Assembly: GCF_035594765.1 (NCBI RefSeq)
Contig: NC_085845.1
Span: 29,320,024 to 29,384,023, forward strand
Source: Anolis carolinensis
Lineage: Eukaryota
DNA length: 64,000 nt
Reading direction: 5' to 3'
In this document: piece by piece, positions 50,283 to 63,383 of the stretch
Position numbering within the stretch: position 1 is the stretch's first letter
Layout of the letters: each line of letters begins with the position of its first letter
Notes under the pieces: model-generated
Databases searched by the model: none
Seen by the model: only the letters and a program-made list of their open reading frames with translations
What the model was told of the DNA's origin: nothing
Program-made: the position numbers and the translations under genes

Positions 50283-51505
50283 GTAAGTTATTCTGTTGAT
50301 GGATGGAGTGGGGTCTGAGGAATACAATAGATCCTTTACCTTTTTCATAATGTATATCCTTGACTGTTCTGTGGGGAGAAGACAATTTATTGCTGAAACC
50401 ATGCTCTTTGGGGAGCAAAATGCATCTAAGAAGGAGGGATTTTCAGAAGGGCTCCCAGTCTGGACCACAGCTGCAAGTTCTAGGTCAGTGTTTCCCAAAT
50501 TTTGGTCTTCCAGATGTTTTAGATTTCAGTTCCTAGAAATCTCGACTCTTAACTAAGCTGGCTAGGGCTTCTGGGAGTTGATGTCAAAGTCAGCTGAAGG
50601 ACCACAGTTGGGGAAACATTGTTCTGGATTGCAGGGTTGTTGTGTGTTTTCCGGGCTGTTCTGGATTGTAGATACACAGTTATTTTACTTATTCAAAATA
50701 AAAGTTGCATCTTAAGCTTGCTTCTTACACATTTGAGTAATATCACATGCTATTTCACCCTTACGTTTTGATGTAGAAGTTGAGAATTTTTTAATACTTT
50801 TCTGTGTTCACATGATAAGGACAAGCAACTCTAGTATGATTTTATCATTTCTTGGTTAAGGAATCCCTCATGTCCATGCAGGATTGTTAGGTTTCTTTAA
50901 GGGAAATTTAATGCATAAAGGTAGAAGGAGGAAAAAAAGTGATCATGCCTGGATGCTTAGATTCACAGACCCATGCAAGTAGTCCATCACAATTAGATGA
51001 ATATGTTTTGGTTTTTAAATGATCAGATACTGAAGGGAAGATAAAATGTATCGTTATTGTTTGTCAGGGTCTACCAGAAGGGGTTGGCAATTTCTGCCCA
51101 AATCATTGCTTGCTTGGGAGTTCTGGCCACAATCCTTGGAGCTTCCCTTTTGCAGATGATTATCCTCCTTCTCCTTGCTGTTGCTTCTTGCTCACTTGCT
51201 CTCTTTAAGCAAGTGAGCAAAGAGAAGTTTATAGACAGTCAATGATTGTTGTACATCCAGTAAATAGAGGTGTGGTGGTTAAGCGATCAGATTCCATTCT
51301 TTAAATGTATACATCATCTTCTCCCTCTGGGAAGTGATTTATGAACAAGGCCTAAAGGGAAAGGCAAGGAAAAGTGATGACCAGGAAGAGGAGATAATGC
51401 CTCTGAGAAGGGAAACTGTAAAAGGCGAGGCACTATGCCAAAAGTTTTCTGAAACCACCATTGGCTTCCAAATGTTGATACTAAAACAATACCTCTCTTT
51501 TGCAG

Positions 51506-51608
51506 GTTTCGAAGGGCCATCCTTGCAATGATCCGATGTCAAACACGTCAGGAGATAACAATTAATAATGTCTTGCCAATGAGTGTCTCTCAAAGCACGA
51601 TTGCTTGA
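51506..51608 (+). CDS. RRH: RRH exon 7 (FRRAILAMIRCQ...STIA*); candidate polyA signal 52109-52114
   Basis: helix 8 FR motif; total CDS 1002 nt = 333 aa. Confidence 0.95.
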
Positions 51609-53506
51609 GGATGCTGATGGAAAAAGTTCTGCCACTATGTTTACTTGCTCATTATATCTTTTGTATGAAGACACCCTGGAAAGAATGTCACATCTTTTTC
51701 ACAAATAGCTATGTGTTGTAAAATAATGCTTTATTGAGAAAGCAAAGGTAGAATGGATTATCTTGTTTTTGTGACAGGTGCCAACTCTTGGTTTAGTCTT
51801 ATTTACCGTGCCATCTGATGGGACAAAGGAACTTGTATGCCCCATTCTATCTAAGACAATTTGTTGGAAGCTGCACGACTAATTCAAAAACTCACATGGC
51901 TTGCCTATCAACTTTGGCAAGCATACTTACTGCTGCTTTCTTCCTTGCCCCCCAATATATTTCATGTTTTCTTATTGTTTGTACATTACTGTTTGTTGCA
52001 TTAGAGCAAAATCCCAAAGAATTTTTCCAACACTGATGAAAAAAAGAAGTTTATCGATATGCACACTCCTGTCTCAAATTCAAATCATAGCACTGTTGTG
52101 ATTACAGGAATAAAATGGAGTTTGCTTCTGCTGGCCAGATGCTAAACAGATTTCCTTGGGAATAGGCACCAAACTGTTGTAGAAACAGATAATATATTTA
52201 AAAGTAAAAATAATAGAATGGGAATTTGTAATATGCGAATACATCTGTAATATGTATATGTCTAACCAGTAACTGGTGTGAGATAAAAGTCTGAGTGTTG
52301 GACTATAGCTCTAGAGATCAGGGTTCAAATCTCTGCTCAGACATGGGAACCCACTGGATGACCTTGGGCAGGTCACACTTTCCCAGCCTCAGAGGAAGGC
52401 AAAGGAAAACCCCCTCCAAATAAATCCTGGCAACAAATAAGTTCATACTGAGATTACTATAAATCAGAAATGACTTCAAGGCACAGATACCCCCCGATTA
52501 AAATTGTTTTTGAAAAAAAGGAAAGCTATTGTGCTTTCCTATAGCCATGATGCCCCGAATGCTAATGCCAGCCCTGTTTGCCATTGCCCTCCTTTCCTAA
52601 TGGCCTCCACTGCTTCTTTGGGAGCAGATCCCTGAATTTCATCCTTAAGTGCCAGACTAATTGTATTACTGATTGTGCCATTAGTGTCCATAATAAAACA
52701 AAAGGCAAGAAACATAGTTGAACAGTTAATAATTGTGTTTTTATTGGCCCGAGCACTAAAAGTTAAGCAAAACAATAACACTTAAATAAAAGCTAAAATA
52801 AAAAGTAAGAAATTACAGTCATGAACACATGCACAAATAATGCAATTTAATACAGCCTTTCTTGGTTATTTTGTTTGTTACAGAGTAATTCTTAACTGTC
52901 CAGATTAGCCTTAATTAAAAACAATCCTTTGAGATAACATAATTAGTTCTGAAAAACAGACTATGCTAAAAAGCACCTATCTGATTGTTTTTAAAGGAAG
53001 AGCAAAGGGTAAAGTCTGGGTTTCCAATTAATAGGGGGCCATTTCTCAAGACTAATAGCTGTTTGTTGATTATTGGTGCCATCTGCTCTTAATTATGACA
53101 TTTCATTAAACACTTACCAGTCTGTTTAAGTTCTTTCTGCTCGTTTCAGTCTCTGTATCTGTAAAGTAGATTAATCCAACTGTTATTTGTGTTTTTTAAA
53201 ATATTTTGAATAAGGCAGAAAAATATTCTTGGACCCAAGCTATTGTACTGAATTTTTGCTGCATAAAATGTGTCCTCTGTAAAAAGGCAAAATGTTTTAC
53301 TCATATTGTTTAGTTTAAACAGTAGATTACACTTGGTGGCAAGGTTTTTTTTATTTCAGTGTTTAATTTTTCATGTAAACAGTCTTATTTCAAGATGGAT
53401 GTAGTTTAAAGGCAATGCATTCCTTCTTTGACACAATAAAGAGCAAGCTGTTTCAACTGATCCTTTGCGGAATACATTTGAAGGTTAAGTAAATGCAGAT
53501 CTTAGC

Positions 53507-53522
53507 TAATCCAGCGTAATCT
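53507..53522 (+). promoter_or_regulatory. Tandem CRX/OTX2 (K50 homeodomain) sites TAATCC and TAATCT upstream of LRIT3
   Basis: exact motifs 105-120 bp upstream of the ATG of a retinal gene. Confidence 0.55.
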
Positions 53523-53626
53523 TCTTTTACTAAGGGGTACCTACATTCACAACCATAGCACAGAGGGTAAGTGCATGGAAATAAAGTCATAGATTTTAGA
53601 TGTATCAATTGTCTTGCAAGAAAGTC

Positions 53627-53742
53627 ATGTATCTGATTGCTGCCATCTGCATCGTGATGAGCTTTTTTGAAGAAGTGGAGAGTTTTTGTCCTTCTCAATG
53701 CACTTGCATTTACCATGGCAGAAGCGATGGCAGTGGAACAAG
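53627..53742 (+). CDS. LRIT3: LRIT3 exon 1 (MYLIAAICIVMSFFEEVESFCPSQCTCIYHGRSDGSGTR; signal peptide + LRRNT)
   Basis: manual translation, not in the ORF track; CPSQCTC; 116 nt, phase 2. Confidence 0.95.
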
Positions 53743-54039
53743 GTAGGTTTATATTTTCTTTCAGATCTCATAGATTCATAGGAAAACAACTGATTAAATT
53801 TAAAATAACCTCCAATGCCAACATGGGGAGGGGGGGAATCTATGGCATTTTATTCATTTCTTGCTGCATTGCAATATAAGTGGAAGAATTTGAATACGGT
53901 AGTTCGCAGCACTCTTATAATGAAGTACATGAACAGACGAGGTAGGTGGCCATGAAATCTGATCTAATTGGATTGCATGTGGCAATTAGGAGGTAGAAGC
54001 TAGATACTTCCCTGAAGAAATATTCCTGGCATTTTCATC

Positions 54040-54230
54040 CAATTCAGCTCTGGTTAGTACTTGGATGAGAAACCACTAAAGTAATACCAGGTATTGTCAG
54101 CACTATTTCAGAGAAAGGAACTGACAAGACCACCTCTGAGTAATCCTTGCCTAAGAAAACCCCATGAAACCCATTACGGTCCCTATGAGTTAACAGGTGA
54201 TTTGAAAGCATGTGCACACACATATTTTGG
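54040..54230 (+). mobile_element. 5S rRNA-derived SINE remnant
   Basis: CTGGTTAGTACTTGGATGAGA.ACC resembles the 5S internal control region; similar head at 21925-21982. Confidence 0.6.
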
Positions 54231-57200
54231 AAAGAGCTTTTTAAAAGCACTTAGCTGCGGAGGTGCCATTTACTTACATTTAATGATTCTGCAGAAAAGT
54301 GTAACTAGACAACAAGAAAAGGCAAGTGGAACTGGCAACAGTATGTTGGCACACCATGCTTTTTAATGAGACGCTCCATTCTGAATCAAGTTCTTTTACC
54401 AGGTCTTTAAGCAAACCCACTCCCATAACAGTCCACCAACAGTCTGTGCCCAGTGATCATGCCTATTCTTATTTGGCTGTTCTGAGGTGGAAGATGTTTT
54501 GATCCCATTAGCTTCCCCTTATGAATCTAATTTCTTCCTCTGAAATATTAGGATTCCTTCATGCTTGCAGATAGATGTGCATATGTAGTATGTGAGCTGT
54601 CATTTTTGCTGCTTAAGGAATAGTGTCCCAAAAAGTTAAGTTGCTTCTACCCATAATTTTTATTAGCCATCTCTTCCTTTTGATCAACTAATTGACTGAA
54701 AGCAAGTATAAACTGAGGAGCCTTTTACATTATGCAGATATAGCATTATGATTCCACCTTAATCCACTCCATGGAATAGCAGGATTTGCAATTTTAAAGT
54801 AAAGAATCTTTTTTCCAAGTTGCTTGTTGACTGAATTTCGTAGGGTTTATTTAGGAAATGAGAATTGAAAGCTAGTTTGCCATTGTCGTCCTCTGATTGA
54901 AGCCTACAGTAGCCAGCATTCCCTGGCAGTCTCCCTTTGCTTAGCTTCCAAGATCAAAAGTGATCCAGTGCCGGAGAGCTCTAGTGCGTCCCTAAAGTGC
55001 TAACCCCTGGATGCCACACAATGCAGCCATAACAGTTTAGGTAGAATCATTGCATGATTGTACAATCTTTCTATAACCGTAAAATATGTGAAAGGGCCCT
55101 GGAGAATTAGAGGAGAGAATTGGAGGAATTTAGAGGAGAATTTCTGAGTCCTTTGGTTTTCTTACGTATTTGGGCATCCCTTTGTCCAATCACCACAGCA
55201 CAACCATGAACAATGCTTAGGCTGGATTGGTTAATGAAATTTACTTCTTTGTTTGAAGTCAAAATGAAGATCTGGTATATGCATTCTGCCTTAGTACATA
55301 TTGTGTTATTTAAAACCCAAGCTTTAGGCCTATTTTAGGCCGTGGAAGTCATTGTCCATTTAATGTAGATTAAATGGAATGAGAAGGAACTGGCAAAATA
55401 ACTTTCTGGGTATTTCTTGTCTTACAAAACCCTATGAAATTCATGGAGTCACCATAAGTCAGCAGGTGACCTAAAGGCACACATGCACATATATTCACAT
55501 CACATGTGTTGGAGAAGCCAAGAGGTTGGATGTATAGAGTGAGAAAGGGTATGGCTTATTGCTGGAAAGATCAGAGAGAAGGCATGGAAAGACCCAATCT
55601 GCTTTATTGCACAGACAGAATCTGTCCCATTCTCGAGGAAGAAGAAATGCCTTGAACAAATACCACATTTGGATAGTTTACTGCATTGATTCTTTTCCTA
55701 TATAGTCATCTTCATCTGATTTCCCCCAATAATTTGGGGGGGGGGAGAGAGAGACTGAATCAATAACTTCCTCCTCCCATTATTGTTATGAGTCCATAAT
55801 CGGGCACAAACTCTGTATCTAATTTGAGAACAGATTCCCTATTGCAAAAGTAGAGTGCAGTTCCTTGAACACATACATAGCTGACATTAAGCAACACTCA
55901 ACATAGAACTTATTTCAGAGCAGAGGATTGATTAATAAGGACCTTACCTCACAGGGCTCTAAAAATGGGTCGTGGAGTTGCAGACGGTGTCTTGCTTTGA
56001 GCTGGAGCATGTCAGGATAGCCGCTCTTCTTATCGCACCAATCCTTTCCCCAAGTGCTTGAAGACCTTTAGGTTTCCAGAGCTGCCGGCGCCTGTCTCTT
56101 CCCAATCCATGCATTGCCCCTCTTCATCCATCCCCCCTTTCAAATTATTTTTCAAAATTGCATGAGATTGTGGTTTTGCAACATTGCTTAGAGTGGGACT
56201 TTGCAGCATCTGGCTGTTTTGCAAAACCAATAATGCAAAATAATAATAAAAAGGAAAGATATATTTTGAAATTACAGTAGAGTCTCACTTATCCAATGTT
56301 CTGGATTATCCAACGCATTTTTGTAGTCAATGTTTTCAATACATTGTGATATTTTGGTGATAAATTCATAAATACAGTAATTACTACATAGCATTACCGC
56401 GTATTGAACTACTTTTTCTGTCAAATTTGTTGTATAACATGATGTTTTGGTACTTAATTTGTAAAATTATAACCTAATTTGATGTTTAATAGGTTTTTCC
56501 TTAATTCCTCCTTATTATCTAACATATTCGCTTATCCAACGTTCTGCTGGCCCATTTATGTTGGATAAGTGAGACTCTACTGTACAAGCATTTCTCTGTT
56601 TTCTATATTCCCCAAGAGCAGTGGTTCACAACCTGGGGTCCCCAGATGTTTTTGGCCTTCAACTCCCAGAAATCCTAGCAGCTGGTAAACTGTCCGGGAT
56701 TTCTGGGAGTTGTAGGCCAAAAACATCTGGGAACCCCAGGTTGAGAACCACTGCTCAAGAAGGAAGTTTGCACAGGCTGAAAGAAATTTGCAACTGCTTA
56801 TTTTCAAACTGCTGGAGCATAAGTTGAAGATAGGTTGGGAGTGATTTCACAACAACATTATGTGAAGTTCTTCTGTTCATGCCTGGGGAGCATCAAAGCC
56901 ATGCTACAGGCCACATGCAACAATGTCCTAAGTCTCTGTGTGATCTTTTCAAATGCTCTAGCTGGGCTGAGGATATAAAATACCAAACCAACTCAGTTGG
57001 ATACAAATGTTTTAAAATGTTTCTTTTGAAAAAACTAAAGTTTTTCAGATGTAATGGGCTTCCTCTGAGTCTGACACAGTGTGACTTTACTAAGGTCACC
57101 CAGTAGGTTTCTATGGTTAAGTAGGGATTTAAACCTGGTTTTTCAGAATCCAAACAATCATCATTGATTGCCTGAGTTGATTGAACTGGCTAGCTAGGCA

Positions 57201-58094
57201 GCTGTCCTCTTTTCTTCTCACTACTTCATATGCATCTTTCCCAAAGCTACATACTCAGTGGGAATGGGAGAGGATGGGGCAGAATCTTGTCTACCAGGCA
57301 AAAGAACATTCTGATATTCCAGACTAATATGACTATATCTTTGGATTTTACCAGTTTGAGACTAAGGTAATTATGCTATGAGATAAAAATGAACTTAACA
57401 TTATCAGTGCAGATAATAAATAAAAGTCCGTTGACTAGAAGTGAGAAAAGTGTGGACCTTGTTCCTCAAAGGTCCCTGTGCCTCAAAGCCATTTTGGGGC
57501 ACCCAGTAAGCAGAGGTGCACCTATACTATAGAATTATTGCAGTTTCATACCATGTGGCTCAACACTATGGAATCATGAGAGTTACAGTTAGGTAAGATA
57601 CCCATATTCCTTGGCAGAGAAGGTTAAAGACCTTGTAAAACTCCTATAATTCCATAGCACTGAGTTGAGTTATGGTAGTAGTGTTGAAGGCATTGTATTA
57701 TGGAAGTGGTATCAAACTGCATTAATTATATAACATAGATGCACCCCAGCATAGGGAACCATTTGGGGATCATAAAAAGGCTTTGGAAAAGAAAATATTA
57801 AATGTGCTGTGTAGGCATGATGGGTGGTGACAGCGCATCCCTCCAAGGTTCCATGAATGGCGCTAAAATCTGGAAGTTGTTCAGTCTAGCTTTAGGCATA
57901 GGCCAACATTTGTGTAAAAACATGTGAAATGTACACTGGTCTTAGTTTTACTTCCATATGATAGCAATCCACTTAATGGTGAGGAAGAATGTTTTATTAC
58001 ACTGGAATTTTTTTTTTGCCCATTCAACCATTATGGCAACCCCTGTTTCCACACACGTCTTGCCAAGGGAAAATGTCTATAGAAGTGTGTTTTG

Positions 58095-58440
58095 TTGTCG
58101 AAGGCTTAAATAAGAAGCAACACTCTGAAAACAGAGGAGTTCCAGACATGAATCAATCAGGGGCAACTAATGACTCTGAACAAAGGATGCCCCCAGGCAG
58201 GAAGAAGCCAGGAGATGAAGCTATTCAATGCTAATTAAGGTGATTAATTACAACATTCACACTGGCCTCCAACTGATAAGAGTTCTTCTCTCACCCTGGA
58301 CTTTCCACAGATATATAAACCTTCCTTGTTTAGTTTCTCCATACCTCACAACCTCTGAGGATGCCTGCCACAGGTGTGGGTGAAACGTCAGGAGAGAATA
58401 ATTCTGGAACATGGCCATACAGCCTGGAAAATGTACAACC
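58095..58440 (+). mobile_element. Penelope pLTR fragment with hammerhead core (CUGAGGA 58355-58361, GAAACGUC 58382-58389)
   Basis: similar to 24430-24760. Confidence 0.8.
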
Positions 58441-59623
58441 ACGAAGTGTATTTTATTCCTTAACTTTGGGGAGGGTATACATGGGATTGATACACAGGAA
58501 TTTGTTTTTACCCTTTACAGTAAATTGAATCAAAATCTTTCTGTTTGTATAGATGCATTGCTGGCATTACATAATTCCTCACAATTAAAGTTTCATTGAG
58601 AGGGCTGACAAACAGATGTTTTTTCTCTTTGAGCAAGAGGCTGGATTATCTTGCTCTTGATCCTTCCAAGCTCCCTGTGTCTGTGGAAGCAGATGCCTTA
58701 TTTAAAACAATACAGCGAGAGGTGTATTCATCTGTAAGATAGAAATATATTATCCATGTCTTTTCCATGCAAGCTTAATTTCCTAATTATGGATATCTAG
58801 GCCTCCTCCTTAAAATATTAACTTTCTACCTTTGATAACAAGATGTTTTCTTAGTTATTTGAGATGTCTGTCCAAGTAAATCATAGAATCATATAGTTAG
58901 AAGAGACTATGTGGGCCATCTAGTCCAAGCTTCTGAAATAGTGCTGAGATCAGGATTGCCAGTTCAGGATTCTGCAAGGCCCTGATGTTTCTGGGCCAAA
59001 ACCTGAGACTCAATAATACCTCCTAAGCTAAGGCCATTAAGCATTGAGCTTCAATCACAGTAGCTCATGGTTTGTTATTCAAATGTGTGCACATATGCAT
59101 GTGCACACTCAACACACACACAGGTCACGTAGTATTTTCCTGTATGCTAAAGTGTCTATGCCAGATCAGGGTGAAATGAAGAGATGATTTCTTCTGACAT
59201 TTAATCTAGCCTATTTGTTTGTAGTCAAGTGGGTGCAAAGCAGAGCAGAACAGAGATCACATACAGAAACTGAAGACTCAAGGCTAGGCCTTGAAATCTG
59301 TCAGCTCTGGGTTGTTTTATCTCCTGTGACTATTTCATACCATATTGTACTACTGTTAATCCTGAAGTAGGACAACACCACTTCAGTGCAATGAGGCAAA
59401 AGCAGGAAACCTACTCCTCTGACCAGAGCCAGTATGGTGTCCTGAGTTGGTTTAAAAAACTGATTTGTAGATATAAGTGATTTTAATGTTTGTGTATATA
59501 ATTGTGTATATCTATAATTGCTTATGTTTTATTTTTGTACTGTGTACCGGCATTGAATTTTGCCAGATTGTGAGCCGCCCTGAGTCCCTTCGGGTGAGAA
59601 GGGCGGCATAGAAATGATGGAAA

Positions 59624-59662
<39 letters not shown>

Positions 59663-60002
59663 AATTGTTTTATGTCCCGGCATGGAGTACTGCCATATAT
59701 GTTGTGCTCCGCCCTAAGTCCCCTGTGGGGTGAGAAGGGTAGAATATAAATGCTATAAATAAATAAATAAAATAAAGCTGTACTGAGAAGTGCCCCTGAT
59801 ACCAGAGATGATATATGGCCATTAGGACCAGTAGCCACTGCTAGTCTTATCCTTCATGAATTTGTCTAATCCCCATTTAAAACTGTCCAAATTGGCAGCC
59901 ACCACTACAGATTGTAGTAGCATTTTAACCATGTACTGTTTGTGATGGTAGTTTAAAAAATGGGATTATGCATAATTATTGCAAAACCCAAGTGCACCAC
60001 TC

Positions 60003-60054
<52 letters not shown>

Positions 60055-60308
60055 GCCAGCTTTTTCTCTCTATAAAGAGACTCAAAGCAGCTCATAAGAA
60101 GATTCAACACTATTAAGTGAGCTTTTATGTATGTGCAAAGAATCTGTTCAAACTCTTGTAGCTTTGTTTGCTGTGCATGAAACCATTAACACTATCTGGA
60201 TGTTTTGGCACTTAATGATTTTGACATTAGTAAAACTTAACAAACATTTAGTATGCACTATCAAAAAGCCTCTTTATGATCAACTATCTCACTTTCTTTG
60301 TGGTTTAG

Positions 60309-60784
60309 GTCTGTGCTGTGTAATGATCCAGACATGTTTGAAATCCCTGTAAATGTTCCAGTGGACACCGTCAAACTCCGGATAGAAAAGACTGTTATAC
60401 GAAAGATCCCAACAGAAGCCTTTTACTACTTGGTGGATCTGAGATATCTATGGCTCACCTATAACTCTGTAGCAACCATCGACACCAGCAGCTTTTATAA
60501 TTTAAAGCAGCTACATGAACTGCGCCTGGATGGCAATTTGCTTTCGAGTTTTCCCTGGGAATCTTTGGCTGAGATGCCAAACCTTCGAACTCTTGACTTG
60601 CATAACAATAAAGTGACCAGCATTCCAGCTGAGGCTGGCAAATACTTGAGGAATCTCACTTACCTGGATGTTTCTAGCAACAAGCTAACTTCCTTGCCCT
60701 CAGACCTCATGGACATCTGGCTTCCTTTTTCAGAAACAGCACGGAACAGAAATACAGAATCTGTAACCCAGAGGGTCATATTAG
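60309..60784 (+). CDS. LRIT3: LRIT3 exon 2 (leucine-rich repeats); gene continues beyond the window
   Basis: SVLCNDPDM...LRLDGN...LDLHNN...LDVSSN; AG/GT in phase with exon 1. Confidence 0.97.
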
Positions 60785-62253
60785 GTAAGGCAGAAGACAT
60801 TTTAAGTGCCTTGTTTTGATCAATCAAGTAAGACAGAAAACATTTTAAGTACCTTGTTTTGATCAGTGCAGACAAGTCCTCCTTTGAGAAAAAAGTGCCT
60901 TTTTTGACTACTGCATATCTATTCTATTGGGGATTGTGGAACTTGAAACCTCATGAAGTAGCTTTCCCATACTCTGGGAATTTAAAAACTAAACAGGAAA
61001 GTGTGAGACGCTATATCTTAAAATCTATTAGGATGGTTTTAGTCAGTGCTTCTCTAGATGGACTGTAGTGCCCATGCTGATCTAGTGATCCCTGGATAGG
61101 TGGGCATGTGCCATTCCAGTATGGCTTGATAGGCTGACTTCTCGTATACCCAAGTCCTGACTAGGATCCTGCTGGAGACGTGTCTTACACTCACATGTTA
61201 CCACTAAGCAGCTTACTTGTTACATGAGCTGGTACACGTTTCGGTGATTTATTTATTCACTTATTAGTAGTTTCACTGCTATCTTTCCTTTGCTCCCGAG
61301 CTCAATGCTACATATGTGGCCACTCTTGCTTTCAACGTTATCCTTGCAACCACCCTGCAAGGTAGATCAAGGTGGGAATGATTGAATGACCCATTAACTT
61401 TTCATGGCTCTTTGGAGACTAGAACCCAGGCCATTGTTCAGAATGAGGGAGAAAACTGGCACAAAGCTATGGACTTTGGACTTTAAATGCTTAAGTGTAA
61501 CATGCAACAACCTACTTTCCAACTGTCCTGATTTGACAGGCACAGTCCTGCTTAATGCATTTTTGGCTGCTTTTAAAATGTCTTTTTTTTCCCTCCTCCT
61601 CCCACATTCCTCCTTTGTCCTCAGTTTATTTCTATTACTGCAAACTGAGTTCTGAATAGTTTGTACTTTGTAAACTTTACATGGAGAAGAAAGAAAGGGG
61701 GGGATTTATCTAAATCTTCTTGCCGTTGCTAGAAGACTTAGGTAAAATCCAGTTGCTGCAGCCTCTCCTAGCTTATCTGTTCTTCCTTATTAATGTTTTC
61801 CATTGTAGCCATGCTTTAATGTTGCTTAACTAACCATGTCCCAATTTTCATCTGTGAAATTTTGGAAGGTATGAATGGTGTGTAGAGCATGCTTATTGGT
61901 AGCTTCACCCACTAAGTAAATCAGTCACATTCTTTTCCAGGATATTCGTTCTGGTTTTCCATTCCCTCACTTGCAAAAGTCAACATTATTTACACAGAGA
62001 AAACTGAGTCACCCACTTCACCCCTTTAGAGGTTTTATAAAAATGTAAACCCTGGTGTTCCCTCATTCCTCTCTTATGTGTCAAAACTATGCTTTTTGGT
62101 TACCTTAACACTAAAACCAAGATCAAGTACTTGGACAAAACTGCCAGGTTTTGAAAGTGGGTTAACTCTTCACAGAGGTCCTAGGTAGTACCAATAAAAG
62201 CTCACTAGAGGGTGCTCTTTCTTAAGCATCACATAACTGCAAACCCTTTAAGG

Positions 62254-63383
62254 CAGGGGTCCTCCACTTTTTAAGTAGAGGGCCGGTTCATCTCCCTCAG
62301 CTTGAAAAAACATGAACTCATTCCTATGCGCAATGCACATATCTTATTTGTAGTGTAAAAAACCATGAAAGAATAATATAATAGTTAAAATGAAGTACAA
62401 TTTTAACCAACATAAACTTCCCAGTTTTTATTTTTTATTTTGTTTCAAAAGCACTGCACAATAAATAAGTTTAAAAGTGATAAAAGAAAGGAATCACAAA
62501 CAGCTAAATAGTTTTAGACCAAATGTGGGCAACAGCAACCACATTGTCTGTAGCTTTAAACAACTCTTCCTTCGTACATGAGGCAGGACATTGTGGGCAA
62601 GCATACATACGTGGAGTTGTTTGTTCTGCTCCACAGTCACACAAGGTGGAGGATTCCTCCACGTAGGGCCATCTTGCCAGGTTGTCTTTTGATCTACCCA
62701 CTCTGCTTCTGAGTCTGTTCAGGGACTTCTAAGTTGCCTATTCTTGGATTAGGTCAGGCCCTCATGGGGGTCATCCAGTTGGGATTGCCTGGTTTAGCTG
62801 CCCAGAAGGATACTCTTGCTGTTGCTGGAGGAACATTGAGAGGAGTGGTAGTTCTCATGAAGCTTTTCCTTGATTTGATTCTACTGGGAGGAGGCTGATA
62901 GTCATGCAGTGGATGGCTTTCACAGTGTTAAACCTTATTTCTCTCACAGCTAGCAGCAACTTCCCGTCGCACATGGGGGGGGGGGGCAATACCAGCTAGC
63001 TTGTAGAGTTTATTAACAGGTGTAGGTTTAAGGCATCCTGTGATTATTCTGCATGTTTCATTCAGTGTTATGTTCACCTGCTTTGCATGGATATACTTGT
63101 GCCAGACAGGACAGGTGTACTCAGCAGTTGAGTAAGACAAGGCCAGAGCTGACATTCTTACTCATTTTGGGTCTGTACCCCATGTGCTGCCAGTACGTTT
63201 CCATAGGATGTTACTGTGTGCAGCAACCTCCCAGCATTTCAATGGGAAGTGTGGGCCAGCTTTTGGCTGATGAGTTAGTCAAATTAATTAAAATTCTTGT
63301 TGTTGTGTGCCTTCAAGTCATTTCAGACTTAGGGTGACCGTAAGTCTAAAGTTTAGGGCGGGGGCTGGGTTTGGAGACCCGTG
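62254..63383. mobile_element. OC1-like hAT MITE interrupted by a Vingi insertion
   Basis: CAGGGGTCCTC start, GGAGACCC(G)TG end, degenerate 8-bp TSD CTTTAAGG/TTTTAAAG. Confidence 0.7.
62425..63228 (-). mobile_element. Vingi LINE 3' fragment
   Basis: ALALSYSTAEYTCPVW...LNETCRIITGCL; CDCGAEQTT...CPQCP; TSD TCCCAG at 62419-62424 / 63229-63234. Confidence 0.82.
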
